Assembly (NCBI GenBank): GCA_000002445.1
Contig: AE017150.2
Span: 512,001-576,000 of the forward strand
Direction: 5' to 3'
DNA from: Trypanosoma brucei
Lineage: Eukaryota
Length of the DNA stretch: 64,000 nucleotides
The notes below the pieces were generated by a model, which was given only the letters and a program-made list of their open reading frames with translations, was not told the DNA's origin and ran no database searches. A program made the translations under genes and the position numbers. Each line of letters starts with the position of its first letter. The first letter of the stretch is position 1. Of the stretch, positions 24,601 to 34,711 are shown piece by piece.

Positions 24601-26135
24601 TTGCCAGCACACTTTTGGCCAACCTCTGGAATCGGAGCATTTATGTAATGCAGCGAAGCGGGCTAGAGGATATCGATATGACATATAAATCCTGTGCAGT
24701 ACAGACCAAGGTAATTCTTGTACACGCTCCAGATGTGGATGGCGCGCATTTGGACGTCGTGCTATCGTGGATGAAGGGAGGTGAGCGTTTAGTGTTCTTT
24801 TTTGCCTCGTCGTCGGAGTTTATTCCTTCATGTATTCCTAAAGCGTCGCAGTTAGTGCTTCCACTAACATCCCACGACATTGGACGGCTCTTTTCCTCCT
24901 CTCTCACGGATGAGATGGCCTCAAAGAGTTTGTTTGGTCTCTCTCGTAATCTTCAGATTCCCTCTTACACGTTGGGGCGTCGGTTAGGCGGTGGGGCGTT
25001 TGGTGCCGTCTTTGAGGCGACGATGGACGATCTCAACGGGCGCTGCGCCGTGAAGGTAATGTGTCTTCGTGGGAATAAGCGTGACAACGGTGCTCGTAAT
25101 AACGGTAAGGGTGTTCGGATGCCAGAGGTTGTGCGGGAGATTGAGGTCATGCGTATGTTGAACCACCCAAACCTTGTGCGATACCTTTTCTGCAATTGGG
25201 ACGGCAAATGTGTGTCTATATTCATGGAATTGTGCCCTGGTGGGACGCTGAGTGATGCCATTACCAATGGGGACATACAGGGAGCGGATCATATTATTAG
25301 TATACTTCGTGATGTCATCAACGGTGTGGTGTACCTGCACGATCATCACATCACCCATCGCGACCTTAAACCGGAAAACATACTATTCCGTGACGGCCGT
25401 GCGAAGGTGTCTGACTTCGGTACAGCTGTTCAAAGAGATTCGGGGCTAAAAAATACGCGAGGAACTCTTGCGTACATGGCGCCGGAAGTGCTCCTCGGTG
25501 AGCCGTATGGCAAGGCATGTGATGTGTGGTCTATTGGTTGTATTGTTGCCGAGGCCTTAGGTATTTCAACTAACTGCAGCAACAAATGTGCTGCTCAAGA
25601 CGCTCAGCATCAGAAACAACAGCGGCCTGTAACCGATCAGCAGTTCTCACCAACAAATCAGGGACTGGCGGAGTTGTGTGAGAGGTATCGCACGATGGAT
25701 GAAAGGGAAACACGTGTGTTCGACTGTGATGATCCAACTGTATGTGATTTTCTTCAGCATTGCCTGCACCGTAACCCGGAGAAACGGCCCAGTCCAAAGG
25801 AGTTGCTGGAGCATCCCCTTTTGAATGCCCGGTGTGGCTCAGCTGTTTGGGAGTGGGTGGAGTCCGTAATTGCTCGTCAGCGTGCCATGCCGCTTCGCCG
25901 CAGGACCTCCACCGTTATTTTGACTTCCGTGGCTGTAAATAAAGGTGCCGGAATTGGCCGTGATGATGATACCGATGGGGCGGATGGAATGGGTGGTGGT
26001 GAAGGTGGTGGGTTGCATACCACATATATTTCCCGTGTTGCGTCTATGAGTGCCGCATCATTGCAGTCCATAAGTGAGGAGGGTCAAAATAGCGCCTCGT
26101 GGGGTACTTCATTTGGTGATCAGGGAGTTGTTTAG
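21630..26135 (+). CDS. Membrane-anchored Ser/Thr protein kinase (STE/MAP3K-like catalytic domain at the C-terminus). The N-terminal ~600 aa are low-complexity and Ser/Pro/Gly-rich; two predicted TM helices lie mid-protein.
   Basis: ATG at 21630 heads a 1,501-aa ORF. The hydrophobic stretch 'SCAATAFCFVSLLCFVVVAAAGTLPGWVCAAVASIGALLMVSVVTITSV' gives two TM helices. The kinase motifs are 'LGRRLGGGAFGAVFEA' (Gly loop), 'AVKVM' (VAIK-like), 'HRDLKPENILF' (catalytic loop), 'DFGTA' (DFG) and 'GTLAYMAPEV' (activation segment, APE). The GT-x-YMAPEV form is typical of the STE group. Confidence 0.85.
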   Translation: MPFAANVVQNTNDHSHTGDKGNEGDIVKVGEGVSLQSSTLDIVKSVGEGSAAGEAPGTSFRTIAAGAMGSRAKGAWEVTSTSGKPTTSSEKGDTAGFAESPGNNPNFLRSPLQRVLVPKTSSRGTNRLDGRNPLGEGAVRKDGDKSSGSCVKPSVNGDNKCDTIGSLARRAPPGLTMGRSELGSARDEWPVQSPRGVWPHPALSGKSSPNFYGSPVNTSTRAPFFSPLPAAALPPSNTVPGTLKRQLYNVDTANEEMMMPNNSFASTIVTSGSRCDNRDPAFSDCGEAGIFTPKRVGRDSRSATPTRWYNTSFHGNYAGGPMRRTSTAERGKLSAANEQNGERREVQSATVSPGLGPTTVEVYDTSISSRTGNAIKEQRSLSPNVQPACFYPINWSSCPSRDNDDSNAGDRISVPGAVLVPVDSDATNRDPQEGAPTNSCQLHNHCLNRTDSEWWFKDPTIFLLNVNLIKLLELREEMERLNEQRSVDRPHSAYERRGREASLHSSHSIMLAGMLEKLESIQFQIAYSILDIKNVLLKHHFAKWSNTGVRDCVSNVVSAWDAHGPASKEFKEASYILLDLVSAEERGSITYTNVHRMWNALGTSRTASCAATAFCFVSLLCFVVVAAAGTLPGWVCAAVASIGALLMVSVVTITSVQLHYSSVSARVWGFSHNEMLKRVEAVQQNLYDGGEGATGVPVGYSDLVAVQKAPGSSSTCFQLGKTSSQGHMLPQQDAPRDDCARDCGPLSSRNSFYSRSQLRIPNDTTGILRKVPSMSNVKCSSGASNGAISSGRSEKQAGSLRDSSPCLRRADRQENDWWNQPAGGRWNDDSFNRCSPMERVPVGHADNPLVAGGSGREWQEALSEQKRECDTAVRKQIGRRQSVDGDRAAANVLAVPSEFNHGEERPRQFRGAQRPQSRGVDSEVERMLRDAASKAALNSAYVAPMNIFSDEASPGSSLLLTSATGMQGNLLGTGSDGLPITAFVYCLDDVVASTLLANLWNRSIYVMQRSGLEDIDMTYKSCAVQTKVILVHAPDVDGAHLDVVLSWMKGGERLVFFFASSSEFIPSCIPKASQLVLPLTSHDIGRLFSSSLTDEMASKSLFGLSRNLQIPSYTLGRRLGGGAFGAVFEATMDDLNGRCAVKVMCLRGNKRDNGARNNGKGVRMPEVVREIEVMRMLNHPNLVRYLFCNWDGKCVSIFMELCPGGTLSDAITNGDIQGADHIISILRDVINGVVYLHDHHITHRDLKPENILFRDGRAKVSDFGTAVQRDSGLKNTRGTLAYMAPEVLLGEPYGKACDVWSIGCIVAEALGISTNCSNKCAAQDAQHQKQQRPVTDQQFSPTNQGLAELCERYRTMDERETRVFDCDDPTVCDFLQHCLHRNPEKRPSPKELLEHPLLNARCGSAVWEWVESVIARQRAMPLRRRTSTVILTSVAVNKGAGIGRDDDTDGADGMGGGEGGGLHTTYISRVASMSAASLQSISEEGQNSASWGTSFGDQGVV

Positions 26136-26166
26136 GAATATATGTAAAAGGGAAGAAGGGAGGGAC

Positions 26167-26205
26167 GGCAGCGGCAGCGGCAGCGGCATTGGCATTGGCA
26201 TTGGC
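26167..26205. repeat. (GGCAGC)3(GGCATT)3 hexanucleotide tandem repeats just downstream of the kinase stop codon.
   Basis: Sequence 'ggcagcggcagcggcagcggcattggcattggcattggc'. Confidence 0.9.
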
Positions 26206-26508
26206 GATGACGGTGAAGGTTATGATGATGATGATGGTTGTGGAGCCAACAGTGAATGTAAGGGGAGAAAGGAATTTTATAAACGTGAGTGTGTATGTGC
26301 TTCCACTGGTGTATTTCTTTGTGAGACTTGGGGATTTTTCTGGGTTTCCCTCTCTTTTTTTTTTTGGTTTCGTAGGTGTTTTTGTGCGTACATAAATATA
26401 TGTGTTTTTTTCTTCCTTTTTGCGCTTTTTGGCAGTATTTGAGTTCCCAGGGTGTTTTTTAGTGTGTGTGTGGGTGGGCGACATGTAAAAAAAATATCAA
26501 TGAACAAG

Positions 26509-26539
<31 letters not shown>

Positions 26540-27632
26540 CGTATATATGTTTTGTTGTATATATATGTATATTTATACATAATTTATATATACTTGTATT
26601 TGCGTGGGTGTTTGTGCTTCTCTCTTTGTTCGCTTGCTTGTTGTTTGTTTGCTTTTTTTTTCTTTGTTTGGGGAAGAGGGTAATCGTTTTTTTTGTTTTT
26701 TTGACGTGGCAGGGTGTGATGAAGCGCTGTGATGTTTTTGTTTTACTTTAAACCCTTTCCCTATCCCTTCTGCTTTTTGTGGGCGTGTTTCTTTGTTGGC
26801 GTTTGACAACCATTCGTTATGCTCAACAAGTTCATTCTAGTTATAATTCTCAGAGTGAGCGAGCAATATTCCGTCACTTTCGGGGGTTCTTTTTTTTTTT
26901 TTTGGTTTGGTTATTTTTATTTGGTAATATTTCTTTCCTTCTTTCTTTCTTTCCCCCTCCTTCCTCTTTATTCCAAAAGTTCTCGCCTTTTTTATTTCAT
27001 TTTCTTAGTTTAGCGCAGGCCGTTGCATGTGCACCACCGGAACAAAAAAAAATCAACAGAAAATAAAGATCAAGTAAATAAAACGAAAAAGAAAATAAGA
27101 GAGAGAAAAAAAACGGTAAGGCAAAAAGAAAAAAAACCAAGTTATAAGGAGGGAGCACACATAGAAATATTTACGCACATACAATTTTACCGCCCTTCTT
27201 CTTAATTTTTTCCCTTCTATCCATGTGCTTAATCATCTTATTTGGCTTCTAGTTCTTAGTTCTGTTCGTTTACTTTACTTTACTTTCTTTTTCCCCTTTC
27301 TTTCTTTCTGTTTTTGAATTTGTCTCTCAGAGTTCCATTTTTTTTTTTTATCTTTTATGTTCACATTTCACTCTCCCTCTCTTTAGCGCAGGGTGAAGTG
27401 TGCATTTGTGTGTATTTGTATGTATGGGAGAAACCAACCAACCAACCAATTAAAATATATAAACAAACAAAATAAAAAAGATATTCCGTTGCTACAAGTT
27501 CCGTTCAGCGCCTTTTTTTTGTTTTTGTTTCGTTACTGTTTGTATAATCTCGCTTGTTAATGGTGTGCATGTGTGCAGTTTTAAGGAAACGGTGGGGTCG
27601 CGCGGATTCGTGCGTGTCGTGTGTAATTTCTT

Positions 27633-27663
<31 letters not shown>

Positions 27664-28276
27664 TTGGTCTCTTTATATATCATATGTATTAATTTGAGTG
27701 AACGAAAACAAAACAAAACAGAACGAGAAGGGGGAGGGGAGGGGAGGGAGAACAAAAGAACAACAACACCAATGAAAAAAAAAAAGAAAAGAAAAGAAAT
27801 AAAGGAAGAAAGAAAGAGAAAAAACAACAACAACAACAACAACACGTAAATTGCTGACGTGTATGTCATTTTTCTTCTCTGCATGAATTATCTCCATTGA
27901 ACTTTTCTTCAATATTAACACATAAATGTTTATATATGTTTATATATAAGTTAATGTGTTATAAATATGTATGAATATATAAATATATGAATGTTTCATT
28001 TCATCATCTTTGCATGTTTAGGCAACACCAAGCATAAAAAGGGAGAAGCTGAAGCCGAAAAGAAAAAAGAAAGAAAAGTAAAAAAGCAAAAAAAAAGTAA
28101 TTTAAAAAGCGCGTTTCAATATGTTAGATATAGCAATGATAGTACGGATAATAACAACATTATGTCAACACATTCATATATAAATGAATAAATAAAAATA
28201 TTTATATATATGCAAGGTCTAAGGAAGGTCAGCGAACACGACAATATTAATGCAGGAGGATGATGCTGATGAAACA

Positions 28277-28303
28277 AACAACAACAACAACAACAACAAC
28301 AAC
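28277..28303. repeat. (AAC)9 trinucleotide microsatellite.
   Basis: Direct reading. Confidence 0.9.
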
Positions 28304-29345
28304 AAAAAGAAAGATGCAATGGCGGTGACGGGAACCGAAAGCAAAGAAAAGAAAAAATACCCCAACAATTTGGTGATTGCGTGCAGGAAATTGCAGATGC
28401 GTATGAGCGATTACATCTCCAGAAACATATATTATATTAATCCAGTTGAATGATGGACTTTACAACTTATCTTAACAAAATTTTTATATTTTTATATTTA
28501 TTAAGTTGTAATAATGTTGATAATAACGTTATATTGATGTGGAAGACCGTCTCTTCATTCATAACAAAATTTATCATTCCGTGTTAAAACTTCAACGAAT
28601 GGAGGAACGCCCCTTCAAAAATAAATAAATAATAATAATAATAATAAAAGGGGTGGTGGTGGTGGTGGTTTGTGGAAAAGGGAGGGGGAAGAAATAATAA
28701 ATGAATGAATGAACTAATAGTTATTAGTTTATGTGTCAGCTTTGTTTGCTTTTTTCCCCCTTTCTGTTTTCCTCTTTTTTTTTTCCTCCTCACTTTACTT
28801 TACTTCACTTTACTTTACTATTTTTTTTCTTCGTTTGCCTTTTGCTCTTTTTTTTTTTGCATTTCTACGTGTTGAAATGTTTCATTAATGGAAGTTGCCA
28901 TCAAAATTCTTCTTCTGCTTTTAACAATTTCTGTTTTACATCCTTTTCATTTATCTACATTTCCTTTGTCTTTTTTTTTTCTTTCTCTGGTTCCACCTAA
29001 AAGGGTTTTAATTTTAACTCTTTGCACATATTTTGCTTCTTTTCTTTCTTTCTTTCTTTTTTCCCCCTTTTTGTCGTCTTGTTTTTTTTTTCTTCTCATT
29101 GAACAATACTTGTTGACAAATAAATCAGCTTTAATACACACAATAGCAAAGCTGAAAGCAAACAACACATACATATTATACATATACATACTCACGTAAA
29201 AAAAAAAAAAGAAGGAAGGCAGGAAAGAAGAGGAAAAACAAAAACAAAAACAAAAAAGACAACAGACTCAAAACAAAACAAAACAACACCAACAACACCA
29301 ATAACAAAGAAGAGGAAGAAAGAAAGAAAAAAAAAAGAGGAAATT

Positions 29346-29723
29346 ATGCCCGTTATTGTTGTAAACCTCGTATTTAACCCCCCAGAGGTATCATTGATTG
29401 GTAAAGGCCTCTCCACCTCCATCATGAATCGTCTTGAAAGCGAACTCATCGTGCGAACCACCACCAGCCGTCCCGTCACCGCCAGCATGGGAACTGAAGG
29501 GCCACTTTTTGTACAAAACCCCAACGGCTGCCCGGCTGGAGCGGAGGTTTGGCGCCTCACAATTCCCAACCATTACTGCGATGATTTGGCCAAATGTGCC
29601 TTTTTTGGATCAGTCATCAGCGTTATGGAAGGTGATGGATGGTCACTTGTTTGCAGCAGTGCCACCACTACTTCTGGTGATGGGAAGGAAATCTCACGCT
29701 TCTTCTTTTCACGTAGGGCTTAA
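29346..29723 (+). CDS. Possible small hypothetical protein (125 aa), an isolated coding-like island inside the 8.5-kb low-complexity region.
   Basis: ATG at 29346. The ORF 'MPVIVVNLVFNPPEVSLIGKGLSTSIMNRLESELIVRTTTSRPVTASMGTEGPLFVQNPNGCPAGAEVWRLTIPNHYCDDLAKCAFFGSVISVMEGDGWSLVCSSATTTSGDGKEISRFFFSRRA' has normal amino-acid complexity. A purine-rich block precedes it and a (TATTTGTATA)n repeat follows it. The evidence is weak because overlapping ORFs are open in other frames on both strands, as expected for a locally GC-rich segment. Confidence 0.3.
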   Translation: MPVIVVNLVFNPPEVSLIGKGLSTSIMNRLESELIVRTTTSRPVTASMGTEGPLFVQNPNGCPAGAEVWRLTIPNHYCDDLAKCAFFGSVISVMEGDGWSLVCSSATTTSGDGKEISRFFFSRRA

Positions 29724-29764
29724 GGGAAATTATACATGAGTGAATGAATGAATGAAGGAATATA

Positions 29765-29808
29765 TATTTATATTTGTATATATTTGTATATATTTGTATA
29801 TATTTGTA
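29765..29808. repeat. 10-bp tandem repeat (TATTTGTATA) x ~4.
   Basis: 'tatatttgtatatatttgtatatatttgtatatatttgta'. Confidence 0.9.
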
Positions 29809-30959
29809 GTATCTCTCTCTTTTTTTTCCTTTTTCCTTTTTCCTTTCTTCTTCCTCTTCTCCCTTTCGCTCTCTCATTTTTTCTCTCTCCCCCTCCCTCT
29901 TTTACACTCACACCCATACGCTTATGCTTACGCTTACACACACGGACGCACGCACATGCTTCCGTGCATGCATATATAACTCATTATATACATTGTACAT
30001 ATATGACTCATTATACACACATTATATATATATATATATATACATCAGGTGCTTTTGCAAACAAATATGTATATTTGTAAAAAGAAAAGAAAAGAAAAAT
30101 CAACAGAAGTTTGTAAATAGCAGTGCATGTACATAAAATACGTACATGCGCATATATATATATATATAATGTGTGTATAATGTATATATGTACAATGTAT
30201 ATGTGTGTGCGTGTATGTATATAAATATATAAATATATAAATATATATGTATGTATTAGTTGGGTGTGTTTGCCCTGTTTAGCGGTAAAACAAAGGAAAA
30301 GAAAGAAAAAGAAAAGAAAAAAAAAGAATATATATATATATATATATATATTATAAATATTGAAGTGTAGAGAGCAAAAAGGTGCATGTGTGTTGAAGAG
30401 GAGGAAAAAAAAAAGAAAAAGGGTGAAAGTGAAGGAAGCGGGGAGGAGGAAAAAAAAAAGCAGCTGAAATGATGTTTGTTTGTTTGTTTGTCTATCATTT
30501 TATGTATTTTTTGTTTTTGTAGTTTTGCTTACCTAATTACAAGCGGAAGTGGATGACCAGACATGAAACAAACGAAAATGTAAATATAAATGAAATGAAA
30601 TGAAAGATAACAACAACGGCAACAATAACAAACAACAACGGACAGCGGCAGTAACAAGAAATGTTTAGGAGGTTAGTGTAATATAACTAAGAAAAAAAAA
30701 AAGGAAGAAAAAAAAAGAAAAAGGCGTGTGAGTGTTTGGAGAAATTATTGGGATTATATGATAGAGGGAAACTGTACACCTGACATCCGCCTAATCATCA
30801 TTGTTGCAACATATGTGTTATTTGTACGTATATTTTAGTGGGCATATGAACTTTTCAATTGTGTACGAAATATTCCTTTTTGTTTTTTTTTCCTTTTTTT
30901 TCCTTTTTATAAAAAAAAAAAATAATGTTTGCCGCGTTGGGTTAAGTTGAGGCGTGTTG

Positions 30960-30962
<3 letters not shown>

Positions 30963-30996
<34 letters not shown>
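30963..30996. repeat. (AT)17 dinucleotide microsatellite.
   Basis: Direct reading. Many shorter (AT)n runs occur elsewhere, for example near 26511, 34497 and 38873. Confidence 0.9.
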
Positions 30997-31000
<4 letters not shown>

Positions 31001-34000
31001 GTATATTTATGTCTTTGTTATGTCTTTGTTTGTTTGTTTGTGTGTGCTTTTTTTTTTTTTACTGCTTCACTAACTGAAAGAAATGACGTTGCGGAATGGC
31101 GTTTAAATGTGGAAGAAGTCGTGATGAACAAATTTTTTTTTTAAATTTCTTTTCTTTTCATCTAAACGAGAAAAAAAAAGAAGAAAAGTGACAGCGACAA
31201 ATGCAACAGAAATAAAGTGAAGTAAATTAAAATAAAATGCACCCAAGCAACTGCGCCCGCGCAAAGAAAAGAATTAAAAAAGAAAGGAAAGAGAGGGGAA
31301 AAATAAAATAAAAAGGAAAGCAAATAAAAGAAAAAAAAATATATATAAAAGATGGAAAAAGACAGTGACGCGCAGGAGAAGGCCATAAAGGTGAAATTTA
31401 GGGAGTGTTAATAATTATTACTAATTATCATTATTTTTATCATTATTATTTTCCTTTAAAAAAAAAATAAAGGGAAGGGACAAAAAAGGCGAAGTAAAAT
31501 AATTTTTTTTTGTTTTCTAAAAAAAAAAAGGAAAAGACGGAAATGAATGGGAGAAACTTTAAGTGGATCAATACGTGGGCGATGAAATATTCCACACCGG
31601 CTCATGTATTTCTCGTTGGTGCGTGTGAACAAAAAGAAAAAAAGAAGGAAAACAAAAATAAAAAAAGAAGGAAAGGCATGAGGTGGTCGCAATTTTTCAT
31701 CCATTTGCTTTTTCCTCCTTTTCCATCTTCTTCCCTTCTTTTTTTTTCTTCCATTTTTTTATTTTATTACATTTTATTTTATTTTCTCTTTCCCATGCAT
31801 TATACCAGTTTTGCTCGCTCGCGTAATCCCTCACATTTTATTCCACATATTTATTTATATTTTATAATTTCACTTCCATCCCATTCTGACCATTTCTAAT
31901 TTTGTTCTCTCTCTCTCTCTCTTTTGTTTTTTTTTCTTATTTGGTTCGCATATTCATTGTTTTCTTTTCTTTTTTTTACACGGCTACCGCAACATTGTGA
32001 TAACAATAACAATAACAGTAATAATAATTGTTATTATTTAAAGGAACCAAAAGAGGGAAAGAAGAAGAGAAGGAAAAGAAAAGGGGGGAAAAAAAAGAGA
32101 GGAAAGGAAACGTGCAAAAAAAAAAAAAAAGTAAAATATATAAAATAAAAAAAGAGAGAGAGAGATAAAGTTTATTGGAATGAACACCGCCATTGGCGTC
32201 CCGTGCAGCTGAGAAAATGAATAAAATAAATATATATATAAGAATAGTATATATATATATATATATTAGCGTTTATGCATGCGTTTCTCTTTTTTTTTTC
32301 TCCTTTCCTAAGAGGTATGGAAGGGAAATAAAAGTGCGAATGAGCAAAAAGGGATAATATTAAAAGTGATGACAAGGGGAAGAGTAAAATAAACTAAAAA
32401 AAAAAAAGGAGGACGAAAAGTCCAAATGGGAGAGGAAAGAAAAATAAGAAAGTGATTGCGAAACATTTTTTTGGTTTGTTTGTTTGTGGTTGACTGAGGT
32501 TTTACTCTTCTTTTTGTTTTTTTTCCATTTTTTTTTTCTTTCGCCTCATTTTCGTAGATTTTTGTTGTATTTGATTTATTTATTGTTCAATCTCAATCTC
32601 AACCTCCTTCTTCTTTTTTTTTTTTCCCTTCCTCTCCTTCTCTCTGTTGTGTGCAATGCAGGAGTTCCTTAGAGGAAAAATAAATTAAGAAAAAAATAAA
32701 AGAAGAAACAAAAGGAAGAAAACAAAAGGAAAAAAAAAGAAATAAATTGAATGGAAAAGGCCTCATGACAAGGAAAAAAGAAAAGAGAAAAAAAAAGAAG
32801 AAAAGCAAAGGAAGCGAGGAAATAAAACTGAAAGAGAATGATTAAAACGAAAGATCTCTCTCTCTCTCTCCTTTTTTCTCTTTTCTTTTTTTTTTTAAAT
32901 TTTTTAAATACGTTTTCTCTTCTTTCTGCAATTATGTTCTCCTTCCATATTTCTGCCGCTGTTTTTCTGTTGTTGTTGTTGTTGTTTCTGCTGTCGTTGT
33001 TTTTGTTTTTGTTTTTTATTTTGCTTTGTTTTGTTTCATGGACATTAAATGGTGCATCAAAGGTAAAGGTAAAAAACCATTCATTACAACCGCTTCCTCT
33101 CATTATGCAAATCAAAAAAAAAAATGAAGTAAAAAAAAAGTGAAGAAAAGAAAGCGAAACAAAACGGAACATATGTATATAAGGAGCAAAGGAAGTAAGA
33201 AAAAGATAATGCAAGAGATAGAGAGAAAAGAGAGAAAGAGAGAAAAGAAAAAAAGAGAGAAAATGAAGGAATGAAGATGAAAGAAGGAAGATGAAAGATG
33301 TACACACACATGCGTATGTTTTTGTATAATTAATATTTGTTCATATTTTATGCAATACATCACTGTGTGTTTAAGAGATGAAATGCAATGCAGAAAGAAA
33401 ATGGGAGAATAGGAAGAAGTTCTCGTCTCTCACACTTCATATTATATATATAAATAAATATATATATATATATATTTTATTATTTGTTTTTACTCTTAGC
33501 TCTTTTTATTTCCCTTTCTATCATCTTTTTTCCTTTTCCTCTTTTTTCTTTTTGTATTTTTCCTCTCCCTTTCCCACTTTTTTCCCCTCCTTTTATCTTT
33601 TTTTTTTTTCACTCGATGTTTGATGTCTTGAAGAAAAGAAACAACAACAACCAAAACAAGAAAAGAAGGAGTGTGAAGGAAATATTGATCATGGTTATGG
33701 TTATTATTATCATCATTATCATCAACATCATTATTATTATTATTATTATTGGGGTTTTGACTTAAATCTGTGGTTGCTGTACAAACCCCCCCCCCACCAC
33801 CACCAAATGGATTCTCCTTCACTTCTTTCCGTTTTGCCTTCAAATATGAACATGTCAATGCTTTTTTTTTTTCTTGTGTGTCTGCACCTGCTCCTAATTC
33901 CTTTTTGTTGTTGCTCATATTTTGTTTTTGTTTATTTGCTTGCATATTTTTATTTATTTATCTCTTCTCTTCTCTTCTCTTCTCTTCTTCTCTTTTTTTT

Positions 34001-34482
34001 AAAAAAAAACCCCTTAATCATTTATTTTATTTTATTTTTATATGAAAATATATCTCCTATATTTGTTACTTCTATTTCATTTAATCACAAGGTTGCCCAC
34101 AAACATATACACATACATACAAATATATTCTTCGATTATTCGGCTATTTTCTTTTCCCTGTGCTTTACAAGTCAGGAAAGAGAACGAAAACGAAAACCAA
34201 AAACTAAAAATAAAATAGAAGCAAAAAAAAAAAAAAAGGACAAAAACAAAAACTAAAGCTAAAAGGCTGAGGAGGGGGGAAAAGAAAAGAAAAAAGAAAG
34301 AGACGGCAGTGAAGTGCGTCCTGCCATCATTACATCATTTGAATTCATATCGCCACTTGAGGGACGTGAGCGTGTCACGAAGTTTAAGGAAAAAACTTCG
34401 ACTCCGTTGTGAGGTTCGCTTGATTTGTATAAATAAAGTGAAGAACACATATCGTATAACCCCCCTCTCTCTCTCTCTCTTT

Positions 34483-34529
<47 letters not shown>

Positions 34530-34569
34530 TTACATATTAATTAATATTATTAAAACAGCAGCTTTAGGG

Positions 34570-34640
34570 TTTCCTCTATTTTCTCCTATTTTGCTTTTCC
34601 CTTTTTGTTGTTTTCACTGTTTTTTTTTTCATTTTTTTAG
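34570..34640 (+). promoter_or_regulatory. Polypyrimidine tract ending in AG (candidate trans-splice acceptor), immediately followed by a (GT)n tract, upstream of the 34712 gene.
   Basis: 'ttcctctattttctcctattttgcttttccctttttgttgttttcactgttttttttttcatttttttag'. Confidence 0.5.
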
Positions 34641-34645
34641 GTTGC

Positions 34646-34666
34646 GTGTGTGTGTGTGTGTGTGTG
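34646..34666. repeat. (GT)10 microsatellite.
   Basis: 'gtgtgtgtgtgtgtgtgtgtg'. This tract forms the false GTG 'start' of the track ORF 34646..35638. Confidence 0.9.
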
Positions 34667-34711
34667 GTGTATCAGTTGGAGGTCCCGCGTAAAGTTGGTA
34701 TTTTAACACTG

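Noticed and set aside
26074-26442. A 122-codon + ORF overlapping the 3' end of the kinase gene ('GSGSGSGIGIGIGDDGEGYDDDDG').
   Set aside because: It is the product of the (GGCAGC)3(GGCATT)3 and (GAT)n repeats in the kinase 3' region read in another frame.
32669-33307. A 212-codon minus ORF and many 60-160-codon ORFs on both strands in the 26.1-34.6 kb region. Examples are 33496..33945 and 33774..34256.
   Set aside because: The translations are pure low-complexity (poly-F/L/S or poly-K/E/N), produced by reading homopyrimidine or homopurine tracts. There is no complexity or periodicity consistent with coding.
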